Source: Planctopirus limnophila DSM 3776 (GTDB taxonomy: Bacteria > Planctomycetota > Planctomycetia > Planctomycetales > Planctomycetaceae). From it: a stretch of DNA of 32,000 nucleotides. The notes below the pieces were generated by a model. It was not told the origin of the DNA. It ran no database searches and saw only the letters and a list, made by a program, of their open reading frames with translations. Below are positions 1-10,074 of this stretch, piece after piece. A program made the position numbers and the translations under genes. The first letter of the stretch is position 1; the number at the start of each line of letters is the position of its first letter. The DNA lies in contig NC_014148.1 of NCBI RefSeq assembly GCF_000092105.1, forward strand, positions 3,000,001 through 3,032,000, written 5' to 3'.

Positions 1-1795
1 CAATGAGATCGAGACGATCCTGCTCGGGTTGCCGCTGAAAAACACCTCGTCCTTCGAGTGCGGTCTGCCCATGAGTGGCCCGCACATCTTTCATTTCGAG
101 TCGATTGTTCAGCCAGGTCACGACACCGCTGACATTCTGCATTTCATAAGGGAATGGCTTACATTTCAGGCGTCCGTCAAACACCTTCGCCGCCAGTTGA
201 GTCTCCCATTTACTTCCGAGGCCTGGCGGCCGGATGATCCGTGCGACAATGTCTGACTTTCCTTCCATCTGCAGCAATCGCAACGTGTCGGCAATCGCCG
301 GAGGGCAACTGCTTTTGAGTGTTTCATCGATGATCACGCCTCGAGTGCGAATCTCGATGGCGGCATCGGCCATGGGGCCAGGATTGATTGCAATCCCTCG
401 GAAAATCACAGGAACTCCACCCGCCATGCCACGAGCATCGACTTCCAGTTGCCGCCCTTGCACCTGGATCTGCCCACTCACTTCCGCCACAGGATAAGGA
501 AATTTCGCGTATCGAAAGGCACATTCCCGGCCATGAATAATCATCCGCGGCAACCACGGACTCCCTGCGTCATGCTCGATATGGCATTCCGCCCGGAACA
601 ATCCTGTCAGCCGCAATTCTTCTGCCCATTTGCGGACAGCCGGGGGCAATCTCTGGCGTAAACCGTCGGAGAGTTCGAGTTCTTCAACTGCTGAATAAAT
701 GCTCGTACGGCCACTTTTCCACTGATGGTCACCTCGTGCCATCCATTGGGTAAAGCCTGTGGCGGCTGTTAAGTTTTCGAGTCTGACCTCTTGGTGTGTA
801 GCGACACAGTTGCCCTTGAGTCCGGTCAACGCCATGGGGAATGCCGCATGAGCCACTCCACCGTTCACAATCTGAGCCTGGACTTCATACTCAGGAAGAA
901 CATCTGCAGTTTTTTGCATGGCCTTGAATGCTAAATTGGCATGCAGTTGAACTGGTGGGATCTCTGGTAACTCAGAAAATGCCTCAGGAGCATCGAGCCC
1001 CTGCATGAGCTGACTCCAGATTCGCTTCCATTGCTGATCGATCACTGGATCAAAACGTGAAGCGAAACTCCAGATCGAATTCGTGAATCTCAGACCTTGC
1101 CAGGTGCCATGCACTGACCAGAAACGTTCCTCTGTCGAGATGGTGGCATTATCGATATTCAACCGCCCGATGTCACCGATCCTGGCTTCACCTCGAATTG
1201 AAACCTGCTTGGCTGATACCGGGAAGCACGACCACGCCATGTCATCGATCGTGAGCGATATTGATTTCGAATGCGCTTCCCCCACCACCGAATGAAGTTC
1301 ATGAGCGACTTGCGCGGATGCTGGCTGTATCTGGGACTCGAGTTCAATCTGGCAACGTCCGCTCTCAATAAAAATCTCGGGCATCGCCATAGCCGATTGC
1401 CGGGCCAATGCCAGGCTCTCGAAATTCCAGTGACCATCTGCACTACGTTTAAGGTGGATATGAGGCTGGATGAGCCTCAGCTGCTCGATGACAATCAGTT
1501 GATGTTGAGAAAGCTGCTCACGATCTAAAGAAACAATCAATTCAGGAATCACCGCGAGCGGTAATTCCTGACCTTCGGGCGTAATCTGCAGATTAAACAG
1601 GCGAATTCGTCCACTGAAATCAAATCGGGCGCCATCCAGCGTAATGATGGAATCAGGGCAGGCTCTGGCAAATTGCCGCAAGGCTTCTTCTCGCAGCATG
1701 GCATCACTGCGGAAATAAAGTGCCCCAGCCCCACCAGCTCCGGCGATTCCCAAAAGAACGACAATCCCGAATATCCAGCGAAACGTTCTCAGCAT
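1..1795 (-). CDS. AsmA/TamB-like large envelope protein, N-terminal 598 aa only (3' end runs off the window start)
   Basis: Not in the ORF track because no stop lies inside the window. Hand translation of the minus strand from ATG 1795-1793 stays open to nt 1; the frame was re-checked at 1561-1550, 781-779 and 4-2. It starts MLRTFRWIFGIVVLLGIAGAGGAGALYF (one N-terminal TM helix). It continues ...ITLDGARFDFSGRIRLFNLQI...LIVSLDREQLSQHQLIVIEQLRLIQPHIHLKRSADGHWNF, the N-terminal layout of AsmA/TamB-type proteins. AGGAGGAA lies just upstream, and the ATG overlaps the upstream stop (ATGCTGA). Confidence 0.65.
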   Translation of the reverse strand, partial: MLRTFRWIFGIVVLLGIAGAGGAGALYFRSDAMLREEALRQFARACPDSIITLDGARFDFSGRIRLFNLQITPEGQELPLAVIPELIVSLDREQLSQHQLIVIEQLRLIQPHIHLKRSADGHWNFESLALARQSAMAMPEIFIESGRCQIELESQIQPASAQVAHELHSVVGEAHSKSISLTIDDMAWSCFPVSAKQVSIRGEARIGDIGRLNIDNATISTEERFWSVHGTWQGLRFTNSIWSFASRFDPVIDQQWKRIWSQLMQGLDAPEAFSELPEIPPVQLHANLAFKAMQKTADVLPEYEVQAQIVNGGVAHAAFPMALTGLKGNCVATHQEVRLENLTAATGFTQWMARGDHQWKSGRTSIYSAVEELELSDGLRQRLPPAVRKWAEELRLTGLFRAECHIEHDAGSPWLPRMIIHGRECAFRYAKFPYPVAEVSGQIQVQGRQLEVDARGMAGGVPVIFRGIAINPGPMADAAIEIRTRGVIIDETLKSSCPPAIADTLRLLQMEGKSDIVARIIRPPGLGSKWETQLAAKVFDGRLKCKPFPYEMQNVSGVVTWLNNRLEMKDVRATHGQTALEGRGVFQRQPEQDRLDLI

Positions 1796-3108
1796 GGAGT
1801 TTCCTCCTGCCCGTTCTTCGCTAATAAAGCACCATCCGGTTGAGCGTCTAGTTTGTTACTAAAATATTTTCCTGATACAGCGATCCACCCACTGGCAGCC
1901 AGAACTGCCATGGGAAGTTCGGCAGGCAGGCGGTAACGCATCGAGCCCACAAACAGGAGATGAATCCCGGCAAAGACAAGCACTGGCATGCCACAAAACA
2001 AGAGTGCTCGCCAATGCCTCGAAGTTCGGATCAGCTCAAAAAAGATCCCGGCATACAGCCAGGTCGTCGAGAGACCCACAGGAATCAGGATCCACCAATG
2101 CCGAAATTCCGGGTAATTCGGCACGAGATTCCAATAGCGAATCTGCTTGATGATCGCGAGTTCAAACGTTCGCGAGGGATGCTGAGCCACAAATGCCCAT
2201 GCCCGACGACGATACTCTTCGTCGACTTCGCGTTCTTGAAGACGGTTGGCCACTCCATCGGTCTCGAAGAATGTCATGTCACTGTCACCAGTCGCACCTG
2301 CATGCAAGCCATCATAAAGACTTGCACCCACCCAGAGTGTGGTGAAGGTGAACTTTCCCGAAACTGCTTGATTTCGCAGGGCCCAGGGTAAAAGCAGGAG
2401 CAGAATCGTCCCGCCCATCACGACTGCTGATAGTCCACTTTTCAGCAGCAATTGCAGGCGATGTTCACGAGCGGAAATGATCGCACAGACCACAGCAGCG
2501 GCGGGGATCAAACCGGCACAGGCAAACCATGTCGGCCGCATCAGGATTGCTGCCGTCGAGAAAAGCCCCGAGATCATGGCCCAAACAATGATTGCCCTAC
2601 TCCAGCCGGGAAGCTCCATGGCTTTCAACCAACAGGCCATGGCGACGAGAGCCCACACTAAAGCCGTGGCAAATGCCCCTTCACTGAGAATCAGTACGCC
2701 AAATCCCGCCAGAAGGGGTGATATCGCCACATACGTGGCTGCCAAGATTCCTACCGCGTGGCTGTAGAGCACGCGTCCCAGTTGATAAACGCCGCCAATA
2801 CCAGCCAGTGACACGGCAATCAGCACCAGCCGTACCACGAGACGCTGATCATGCCCCAGCCATCTGGCCACAGCCAAAATCGCGGGAAAACCCGGCATCC
2901 GCAGCACATACCGCCCATAAACTTCGTAGTCTGCACCCGTCAGCAGATCACCAGCCAGATCCCAATATCCCTCGGCATCCCCAGGCACCAGAAAAAAGCG
3001 ATCCGGCTGGCCGCTTAACACCCATTCGACACCCAGAGCCAGACCAAGACGGATCACTCCGCCGACCAGCAGCACCAGCAGCAGTTGCTTCCATTCCGCC
3101 CGATTCAA
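1789..3108 (-). CDS. GT-C fold polytopic glycosyltransferase (ArnT / PMT_2-like)
   Basis: 439 aa with roughly 10-12 hydrophobic helices. The first loop and helix, ...GDAEGYWDLAGDLL...YVLRMPGFPAILAVARWLG, resembles ArnT/PMT_2 family N-termini. The start codon at 3108 is TTG with AAGGA about 9 nt upstream; the next in-frame ATG would delete TM1. Confidence 0.65.
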   Translation of the reverse strand: MNRAEWKQLLLVLLVGGVIRLGLALGVEWVLSGQPDRFFLVPGDAEGYWDLAGDLLTGADYEVYGRYVLRMPGFPAILAVARWLGHDQRLVVRLVLIAVSLAGIGGVYQLGRVLYSHAVGILAATYVAISPLLAGFGVLILSEGAFATALVWALVAMACWLKAMELPGWSRAIIVWAMISGLFSTAAILMRPTWFACAGLIPAAAVVCAIISAREHRLQLLLKSGLSAVVMGGTILLLLLPWALRNQAVSGKFTFTTLWVGASLYDGLHAGATGDSDMTFFETDGVANRLQEREVDEEYRRRAWAFVAQHPSRTFELAIIKQIRYWNLVPNYPEFRHWWILIPVGLSTTWLYAGIFFELIRTSRHWRALLFCGMPVLVFAGIHLLFVGSMRYRLPAELPMAVLAASGWIAVSGKYFSNKLDAQPDGALLAKNGQEETPC

Positions 3109-3264
3109 GCCATTCGTCCTTGAAATGCATTCTCAAGGGACGCTATCTCAAATCGTTACTTTGGGTCAATTCACAACAGGCAACCTGGGGACAATACGAG
3201 ATTTGCGAAAACACGCTTTTGGCATTTTCCGCGCGTTGAACATCCGCTATGCCACATTGAGACA

Positions 3265-4989
3265 TCAGTAGCGTAGTGAAGTCTGAATATAAAACTGGGT
3301 GCAGTCACCTCGGGGAATCGTCCGCTCGACATACTTGCCGAACCAGTACCACGAGTAGCCCGCCTGCAGATCCCACCACGGCTGGAAGTTGTACACACCG
3401 TAGATATCAAGAGCCGATCCGAGTCCTGTACCATTCCCTGCGGTGCCGAAAGGGACCTGATTGACCTGATAACCGGTATCCTGCCCGCTGGCGAGTTGCA
3501 TCCAGTGAACTGCCGTTGCGGCCGTCATTTTGGTCGTGGGTTTCACATCCAGTTGGAGAGAATAGTCAATCAGGTTTTGCCCGGAGACGTTGTCCGAGAG
3601 AGCCCAGTAGGCATGTCCTAAAGGAAAGTAAGTGTAGAACGTATTGTCGATGCCGTCATTGGGATCGATATCGCCTGAACTCCAGTAAAACAATCCCGAC
3701 AATCGAGGCTGCCACGGGCGACGTTTCCAGGTATGACCGATCACAGTGGTGGCAAATCCTGCAGAAACCCGATCTCCGATATCTGTCCCAAACTGATAAC
3801 CCCCTTCGATTTCGAGATCCCAGATTCGGTCATCGTCAGCGATCCCATCCGAGACGGGGATGAGATGGGCTGCCCGTGTTCCCACCAGATGACGACTGCC
3901 ATCGGCATAACCCACTCGAGGTTCACTGTTATGCATCCACATCCAGTAAGCTTCAAAAACTGTGTTTTCGATCCCTGTGTAGGTTGCGTAAGCCCCACTG
4001 AAATAGACGTTGTAGTTCGGCTGATCAAAGTTCGTCCCGGCAATATCAGGATCATTAAAGCCTGAGGACGCACTGACTGGATTCACTGTGAACAAATCGA
4101 GTTTCCAGTCACCTTCCTTGTGGAGATATCGAAATCCTTGAAATGTCCTCCGGGAGTTCGACCAATCGAGGGGCGAGATGAGCCGCTGCCTTCCGAACAA
4201 CATCTCCTGCCGGCCATACCTGAAGACCGAGGACGTTTCGTCATCAGCAAAAAGCACGAAATCGACAAAAGCGTTCGTCAGATCCCAGCGATTTTCATCA
4301 ATTCCCTGGCGGGCGGCCTGATCGCCATAAACCGAACCGTCCAGTATTTCTGCATAGGCTCGAACCCAATCGCTGTAATGCACGTCAACATAGTTTCGCC
4401 AGCGGATTAATGCGTAATCTTCGGATGTGGCGGGCCCACGCCGGATACGGTTTTTTTCCTGCAGATAACGAAAGCGAATTTCACCACCGGCTGAAACTCG
4501 CCAATCTTCCCCAAGAAAACTTCCCTGCCGATTCTTCAAATGCTCACCTGGCAGCCATGCGTGTTCTGGCTGCTGGAGGATGGAAAAGTCATTCTCGTAG
4601 AACAATGTCTTCCAAGGCCCCGGTTCGTTCACGACCTGAGGTGGAGGAAAAGCCAATGGCTTTTTCTGGGCGGGGATGATGGCAGTGACTGGAAGTGCCA
4701 CTGGCGTAGGAATTTGCGTTGTACGGGATGCCGGGAAGATCTCTGAACTCTGCAGAGAGAACTCACCGTTTGATGACTGTTCAAAAACCTCCGTCACCAA
4801 ACGAGGTTCTTCATCCTGCGGAGCGTCATCGACATCTGATGAGGCTGTTCGTTTCACAACATTCTGAGAAGGCGCAGCGTCACAAGATCCCGCCCCACAG
4901 CACGCTGCAACAGTTATCAAAACTATGGCTACGAAGTCTGCAGCAGACGAGAACCGGAATGCCCAGAAGAACCTTGATGGCATCGACAC
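3265..4989 (-). CDS. Outer-membrane beta-barrel, alginate-export (AlgE-like) family
   Basis: 574 aa. N-terminal hydrophobic signal FVAIVLITVAACCGAGSC. Core ...GGEIRFRYLQE...RYGRQEMLFGRQRLISPLDWSNSRRTFQGFRY...W.LDLF matches the GRQ-x-L-x-G-x(3)-L(I/V)-x(3)-DW-x-N-x(2)-R-x-F pattern of Alginate_exp barrels. Alternating aromatic/polar strands run to a C-terminal ...YIQTSLRY. The track start is GTG 4989; an ATG lies at 4983. Confidence 0.65.
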   Translation of the reverse strand: MSMPSRFFWAFRFSSAADFVAIVLITVAACCGAGSCDAAPSQNVVKRTASSDVDDAPQDEEPRLVTEVFEQSSNGEFSLQSSEIFPASRTTQIPTPVALPVTAIIPAQKKPLAFPPPQVVNEPGPWKTLFYENDFSILQQPEHAWLPGEHLKNRQGSFLGEDWRVSAGGEIRFRYLQEKNRIRRGPATSEDYALIRWRNYVDVHYSDWVRAYAEILDGSVYGDQAARQGIDENRWDLTNAFVDFVLFADDETSSVFRYGRQEMLFGRQRLISPLDWSNSRRTFQGFRYLHKEGDWKLDLFTVNPVSASSGFNDPDIAGTNFDQPNYNVYFSGAYATYTGIENTVFEAYWMWMHNSEPRVGYADGSRHLVGTRAAHLIPVSDGIADDDRIWDLEIEGGYQFGTDIGDRVSAGFATTVIGHTWKRRPWQPRLSGLFYWSSGDIDPNDGIDNTFYTYFPLGHAYWALSDNVSGQNLIDYSLQLDVKPTTKMTAATAVHWMQLASGQDTGYQVNQVPFGTAGNGTGLGSALDIYGVYNFQPWWDLQAGYSWYWFGKYVERTIPRGDCTQFYIQTSLRY

Positions 4990-5131
4990 GACGACTCACA
5001 TTCGCTGGGGAAATCAAATGATTCCACTCATTGAATGTTTCGACGACCTCTTTTCCCGGGCAAGAGTCGTTTATGTCTCTCAATGCCAGATTCGGCATGC
5101 GACATTGGATGGCCTGAGAGTTCTCGCTCGA

Positions 5132-5899
5132 TCAACCCGCAGTTTTGACCGATTCTTCGCGAATGACCTTCCGATACGCAGCCACGGTCGTGGCGTAACC
5201 CAATTCGAGAGCATCCGCAATCAAGGCATGCCCGATCGAGACTTCCAGCACAGCAGGAACCTCTCTGAGAAACTTTCCAAGATTCTCCAGATTCAAGTCG
5301 TGCCCCGCATTCACCCCTAATCCATGTTCCAGGGCCATTTTCGCTGTCGCCACATACTGCTCAAGAATCTCGCCAGCGTTTTCTTTTCCGTAACTGGAAG
5401 CGTAAGGCTCTGTGTATAACTCGATGCGATCAGCCCCGACCTCTTTGGCCGCGGCAACTTGAGTCACATCCGGATCCAGAAACAGACTCGAACGAATCCC
5501 GGCTGCTCTGAGCTTTTCCAACACAGGGACCAGCTTTTCACGGTCAGCGAGCACATTCCAACCATGATCACTCGTCGATTGCTCAGGCGAATCCGGCACC
5601 ATCGTGCATTGATCCGGCACCACTTCGAACACCAGATCGAGAAAACCGTCCGCCAGAGGATTCCCCTCAATATTCAATTCGATGTGCGGGTGGTGCTGTC
5701 GAATTAAGGCCGAAAGCTCACGAACATCGCTGCGGCGAATATGCCTTTCATCTGGCCTGGGATGCACAGTAATCCCTTCGGCTCCAGCAGCAATACAGAG
5801 CGAAGCTGCCCTTAACACGGAGGGAATCCCCAGATGTCGAGAGTTTCTGAGCAATGCCACCTTGTTCACATTCACGCTCAGTTTTGTCTTTTCAACCAT
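5132..5899 (-). CDS. pdxJ: Pyridoxine 5'-phosphate synthase
   Basis: LSVNVNKVALLRNSR...AGAEGITVHPRPDERHI...LGVNAGHDLN...EVSIGHALIADAL aligns along its whole length with the PdxJ pattern (E. coli LGVNIDHIATLRNAR...GITVHLREDRRHI...VNAGHGL...NIGHAII). GAGGAA lies 6-7 nt before the ATG. Confidence 0.93.
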   Translation of the reverse strand: MVEKTKLSVNVNKVALLRNSRHLGIPSVLRAASLCIAAGAEGITVHPRPDERHIRRSDVRELSALIRQHHPHIELNIEGNPLADGFLDLVFEVVPDQCTMVPDSPEQSTSDHGWNVLADREKLVPVLEKLRAAGIRSSLFLDPDVTQVAAAKEVGADRIELYTEPYASSYGKENAGEILEQYVATAKMALEHGLGVNAGHDLNLENLGKFLREVPAVLEVSIGHALIADALELGYATTVAAYRKVIREESVKTAG

Positions 5900-5934
5900 G
5901 GAAATTCCTCAGACTTGATCTAAGTCTCTGTGGT

Positions 5935-5981
5935 AAAAATCTGGCAGCAGGAACTCTGCCGCAGTGACTGGCAGCCTGCTG
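5935..5981 (-). terminator. Possible intrinsic terminator or intercistronic stem-loop after speE
   Basis: Minus strand just after the speE stop: CAGCAGG-CTGCC-agtcactgc-GGCAG-agtt-CCTGCTG, then CCAGA and TTTTT. This is a bipartite 7+5 bp stem. The T-run is 5 nt away from the stem, which weakens the call. Confidence 0.3.
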
Positions 5982-5984
5982 GAA

Positions 5985-6932
5985 TTATTCTCGACGATCA
6001 CCCTCGGCACTCAATGCGGGAGGATTTTCCAGCGTATAAACCGTCTGTTCATGATCGATGGCCTGCCGGACATACCGCGGTGTCTGCAATGCCGCCACAA
6101 AAGCCGATCCATCGAACATCCGCAACGAACCTTGCACATGCTCCTGCACGAGTTCATCGATTTTTGAAGGTGCCATGCCTGTTTCAATCGGCTTTGTTCG
6201 GGCGATCGTCAATCCCCACAAAGACCCATAAGTTGGCACCGGAGCAGCTGCAGCCACCGCATACCCAAAAGCCGATTCCATCGTTTTAGTGACTCTCGCC
6301 AGCAATCTGACCCACGGAGGAGCCATCGAACCCGCCTGATTGATCAACACCCCATCGGGTGTGAGTGCTGCCCGGCATGCCTCAAAAAACTCGCGGGTGA
6401 ATAGCGGATAAGCCGGGCCTTCTTCGATGGGATCGGTCAAGTCCGCAATGATGACATCATACTCACTCGAACTCGCTTCAATCAGATCAAAGGCATCGGC
6501 GACCTGAATCTTCACACGGGCATCATTCAGCGATCCCTGATGAATCTCTGGCAACATCTCCCGGCAGGCATCAATCACCTCGCCATCCAGATCGGCAATG
6601 ACCACCTCTTCGACTGTCTTCCACTTGAGAACTTCCCGCGCAGCACCTCCATCAGCTCCACCGGCAATCAGCACTTTTCTGGGTGCTCCATGCAGAACAC
6701 ACGGGAGATGCGCAATCAGTTCATGATAAATGAACTCATCTCCCGTGCAGGTCTGCCACTTCCCATCCAGTACCAGAGCTTTGCCGTAACTCTCACTGAT
6801 GACGATCGACATTTCCTGGAAGGCCGTCTGCTTATGCATCAGCATTTGTGAGACTCCATGCTGATAAATATCAACCGGAGACAAACGTTCGGCAATCCAG
6901 ACACTCGCATCCATAAACCAATCCCAAACCAT
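5985..6932 (-). CDS. speE: Spermidine synthase (polyamine aminopropyltransferase)
   Basis: ...KALVLDGKWQTCTGDEFIYHELIAHLP...KVLIAGGADGGAAREVLK...VIADLDGEVI...DVIIADLTDPI..GPAYPLFTREFF matches E. coli SpeE ([47 protein letters not shown]). The track start 6941 is TTG; I prefer ATG 6932 (MVWDWF). Confidence 0.92.
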   Translation of the reverse strand: MVWDWFMDASVWIAERLSPVDIYQHGVSQMLMHKQTAFQEMSIVISESYGKALVLDGKWQTCTGDEFIYHELIAHLPCVLHGAPRKVLIAGGADGGAAREVLKWKTVEEVVIADLDGEVIDACREMLPEIHQGSLNDARVKIQVADAFDLIEASSSEYDVIIADLTDPIEEGPAYPLFTREFFEACRAALTPDGVLINQAGSMAPPWVRLLARVTKTMESAFGYAVAAAAPVPTYGSLWGLTIARTKPIETGMAPSKIDELVQEHVQGSLRMFDGSAFVAALQTPRYVRQAIDHEQTVYTLENPPALSAEGDRRE

Positions 6933-6992
6933 ACGGGGCAAGCAAGCCTATACCTCGGCCTCAGAACTGTCACTTCAGGCAGATACCCCGCA

Positions 6993-7868
6993 TCAGGCTT
7001 GAGCAGCAGCTTTCACGATGGGGTTGGTTAATGTCCCGATCCCTTCAATCTCAATCGAGACTTCATCTCCCTGCTCCAGAGAGAAATTGTTTTCAGGAAC
7101 AATCCCGGTCCCTGTCAGCAGGAAGGCACCTTGGGGAACATCATTCTCAAATGTCAGCCAGTGAATCAGTTCGCTGAAAGATCGCTTGAGCATGCCCAGA
7201 TGAGTTTCATCCTGACTGACAACCTGCCCATCGCGGCGGATCTTGAGTCGAACGGCGTTCCCCTCCAGTGTTAAAGGGTTGCTCGCCAGTCGTACCCAGG
7301 GGCCCAGCCCGCAGCATTGGTTATAGACTTTAGCCTGTGGCAAATAGAGAGGATTCTCACCTTCGATATCCCGTGCCGACATATCATTGCCCACGGTGTA
7401 GCCCACCAGTTTACCTTCGGGTGAAATCACCAGAGCCAGTTCGGGTTCAGGAACCGACCATTGGCTATCTGAACGAACTCTTAACGCCTGGCCAGGCCCC
7501 GAAACTCGAGCTGGTGTGGCTTTGAAGAAAATCTCAGGTCGGGGGGCTGTATAGACTTTGTCGTAATGCGAAGCACCCGCTTCGGACTCTTCCATACGAG
7601 CGACCTGACTACGCCGGTAGGTCACACCAGCTGCCCAGACTTCCTGCCTGTCAACGGGGGCCAGGAATTTGAGTTCTTCCACTGGTACAGGGCTCAATGA
7701 CCCATCCACCAGATATCGCGCCAACCCCAACGGATCGGGAGCATGCAGGATATCTGCCAGACTGCGGACATGATCGACCTGCAACAAATCCAGCAGCTTC
7801 CAGGTTCCCTCTTCTCCCAGTGCGACACGAACTTCCCCATCGACCAGTTGGACTTTGCCGAGATACAT
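6993..7868 (-). CDS. Fumarylacetoacetate hydrolase (FAH) family protein, KdaD-like
   Basis: ...PEPELALVISPEGKLVGYTVGNDMSARDIEGENPLYLPQAKVY...GTGIVP...GDEVSIEIEGIGTLTNPIV is the FAH-fold C-terminal catalytic domain pattern. The track start 7877 is GTG; an ATG lies at 7868 (MYLGKV). Confidence 0.85.
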   Translation of the reverse strand: MYLGKVQLVDGEVRVALGEEGTWKLLDLLQVDHVRSLADILHAPDPLGLARYLVDGSLSPVPVEELKFLAPVDRQEVWAAGVTYRRSQVARMEESEAGASHYDKVYTAPRPEIFFKATPARVSGPGQALRVRSDSQWSVPEPELALVISPEGKLVGYTVGNDMSARDIEGENPLYLPQAKVYNQCCGLGPWVRLASNPLTLEGNAVRLKIRRDGQVVSQDETHLGMLKRSFSELIHWLTFENDVPQGAFLLTGTGIVPENNFSLEQGDEVSIEIEGIGTLTNPIVKAAAQA

Positions 7869-8095
7869 AGCGAGCACTTTCTATTGAATTGAACTGACTG
7901 CCCGATTGGGCTCATTCATTTTTTTCAGTCAAGGACTATCGCGGAAAATCCATGCTGGCCTGACACAAATCAGTTTCAAGAGATTCCGTTGCTTCAGGAA
8001 TTTCTCACACTTCACTACACCTGGGCAGAGAATCAAAGTGAGGGGGATTTCGTTTTGATCATGATCAGAAGTCTGCATCCGGGTGAGCTGTCCAC

Positions 8096-9865
8096 TTAAT
8101 GAAACTCCAGACTTCGATGGGCATCACTCTCAGTCAAAACAGGAGCTTGCTCCGGCACGCTTTCAACCTTGCGAAAGGCAAAGAACAGAAACACGATCGC
8201 CATCAATCCATAACCGATGGCCACATCCGTAGCATGATAAAGCATGGATCCTTCCGGTGCGCGGCTTCCTGCAAACAAAAAATCGACCAGATTCCCCGAA
8301 AGCTGGTAGCTGTGCGTTAAGCCTGCTCCCGCAAAAATCGCTCCAATTGATGACCAGCAGGCTGCCCGCAGAAACCTTCGCTCAATCAGTTCTACCGCAA
8401 TGGTCGCGAGAATGACGCAGGTAAAGATATACCCCCGCTCCATGGAGATCAGACCATGCAGCAGAAAACCATTGACCTGTTGCGAGAAATCTTTGCTAAG
8501 CAGCGACTGCATTGTGACTCCGCCAGCCACGAGAAACGCCCCCTGCACGACAGTCATTCCCCACGCTGCAATGGCAGGAAATAGCCCGATGGCCACGGCT
8601 GGTGCATGCGCTGGCGGACAAGCCACAAATGCCTGCGCCGTAATGACCACGCCAATCCAGAGCACAATCGGCACGCCCGCTTCAATGGGTACTAACGATT
8701 GAATGAGCGCCACAGTCCCTGTGACACAGAGAATAGTGATCACCACCCCATTGATGATCGAGTATCCGGCCCTGGCTCCTAAGCCTTTCCAGCCGGGATG
8801 CCCAATGTAAATGGTCGTGGGAAAACAACTGCCAAATGCTGCCGCAGCCAAAGTCCCCAGCCCATTCATCGCGAGAGATGATTTCGTGTCGTATGCATCG
8901 CCCGCAGCCTCTGCTGATTCAATGTTCTGCAAGCTTCCTAACAGATTAAATAACCCCATCGGGATAATCACAGAGAGCAGTCCCAGCCACTGCCCCGGAT
9001 CAGCCACCACCTGCCACAGATCACCAAGCCACAACTGCGGTGGCGCAAATCCTATCACTTGCCAAGATTCACGAACGGCACTTGAATTCAAGGCATGACG
9101 CGCGATCCAGACTGGTCCATCAGCCCAGACCTGATGCAAAAACGTCAATCCCCATGCGAGCAGCACGCCGGCCAGTAACGAAACAAAACCGCCCGGAAGT
9201 CGCCACGGAAACGAGACTCGCGAAAAGTAGGTCACCAGCACGATGGCCAGTGGCAGCATGGCGATCAGTGGTTTCTGAATAAGTTGCAGTGTGAAGCTCA
9301 TGGAGATAAAGCCAATGGCGATCCCTGCCAGCGTGGATAACAATGCTGCCCGGGGCGTTCTTCTGCGAACAGATTCCGCCACAAATGCCCCGCAGAACTC
9401 AATCAAGCCAGAGCCCAGGCAAGCCACCAATCCCACTCGCCAGGCCTGTTCTGCCGCAGTGACAGAGCTGGCTCCTTTGGATGTCGCTGCCACATACGCT
9501 GGCACCATCACAAAGAAGACATAGACCAGTAATGAAGGGGTGTTGATCCCATAGGGTAAAGCCGTCACGTCATTGCGGCCGGTTCGTCTGGCCAGTTGTC
9601 GGGCTTGCCACGCATAAAACAGATTTCCGACCAGCAAACTGACTGCCACCCCGGGCAGAATTCTCTGGTAGAGCAGAAAAGCCGCTTCACCGCTCATGCC
9701 GCACATGGCACCGCATAACGTCACGATCAGAATCAACTGGACGAGATTATCGACGAACAATCCGAAAAAACCGTCCAGATCGCGTGGTACAAACCAGCGA
9801 AATGGTTCTGCTGAAAGGGCCGAGCCACCACTTGGGGAAGGTGCCAGATCACGCTGTTGTTGCAT
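8096..9865 (-). CDS. Polytopic permease, NCS2/AzgA-like (xanthine/uracil/vitamin C permease superfamily)
   Basis: 589 aa with at least 12 TM helices. ...[39 protein letters not shown] resembles the AzgA/NCS2 segment D.L.T..G...G.S..T.YIES..G...GGRTG. Family assignment is by eye only. Confidence 0.55.
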   Translation of the reverse strand: MQQQRDLAPSPSGGSALSAEPFRWFVPRDLDGFFGLFVDNLVQLILIVTLCGAMCGMSGEAAFLLYQRILPGVAVSLLVGNLFYAWQARQLARRTGRNDVTALPYGINTPSLLVYVFFVMVPAYVAATSKGASSVTAAEQAWRVGLVACLGSGLIEFCGAFVAESVRRRTPRAALLSTLAGIAIGFISMSFTLQLIQKPLIAMLPLAIVLVTYFSRVSFPWRLPGGFVSLLAGVLLAWGLTFLHQVWADGPVWIARHALNSSAVRESWQVIGFAPPQLWLGDLWQVVADPGQWLGLLSVIIPMGLFNLLGSLQNIESAEAAGDAYDTKSSLAMNGLGTLAAAAFGSCFPTTIYIGHPGWKGLGARAGYSIINGVVITILCVTGTVALIQSLVPIEAGVPIVLWIGVVITAQAFVACPPAHAPAVAIGLFPAIAAWGMTVVQGAFLVAGGVTMQSLLSKDFSQQVNGFLLHGLISMERGYIFTCVILATIAVELIERRFLRAACWSSIGAIFAGAGLTHSYQLSGNLVDFLFAGSRAPEGSMLYHATDVAIGYGLMAIVFLFFAFRKVESVPEQAPVLTESDAHRSLEFH

Positions 9866-10074
9866 GGATCACCTGATGATTGCACGACGGATGGACATTC
9901 ATGGCTGGTCAGAGCCTGTCACCGATCTCCGCGTGATGAACGAAGAGTGGCAACAGATTTTCCATCGTTCTATAACGGAATGCTTCGCAGTTCCATCGTG
10001 AAGTCACCCGGCCAAAACAAACAACACTCAACTCTCGACAGGGTCAACCGGACCCTCACACTTTTTGACTCCCC

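Noticed and set aside
1960-3239. Several 140-170 aa plus-strand ORFs antisense to the GT-C gene
   Set aside because: They are Pro/Arg/His-rich antisense-frame products lying entirely within a well-supported multi-TM gene on the opposite strand.
8056-8067. Perfect 12 bp palindrome TGATCATGATCA (two GATC sites) 29 nt downstream of the permease stop
   Set aside because: It is too short and AT-rich to act as a terminator, and it is a single occurrence in the window. It is plausibly a chance palindrome or a methylation site, and I cannot support a function.
9866-10074. 5' region of the NCS2-like permease, checked for a purine riboswitch
   Set aside because: The minus-strand sequence lacks the conserved purine-riboswitch three-way junction and loop-loop motifs. 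Only a 5 bp GGGTC/GACCC hairpin is seen.
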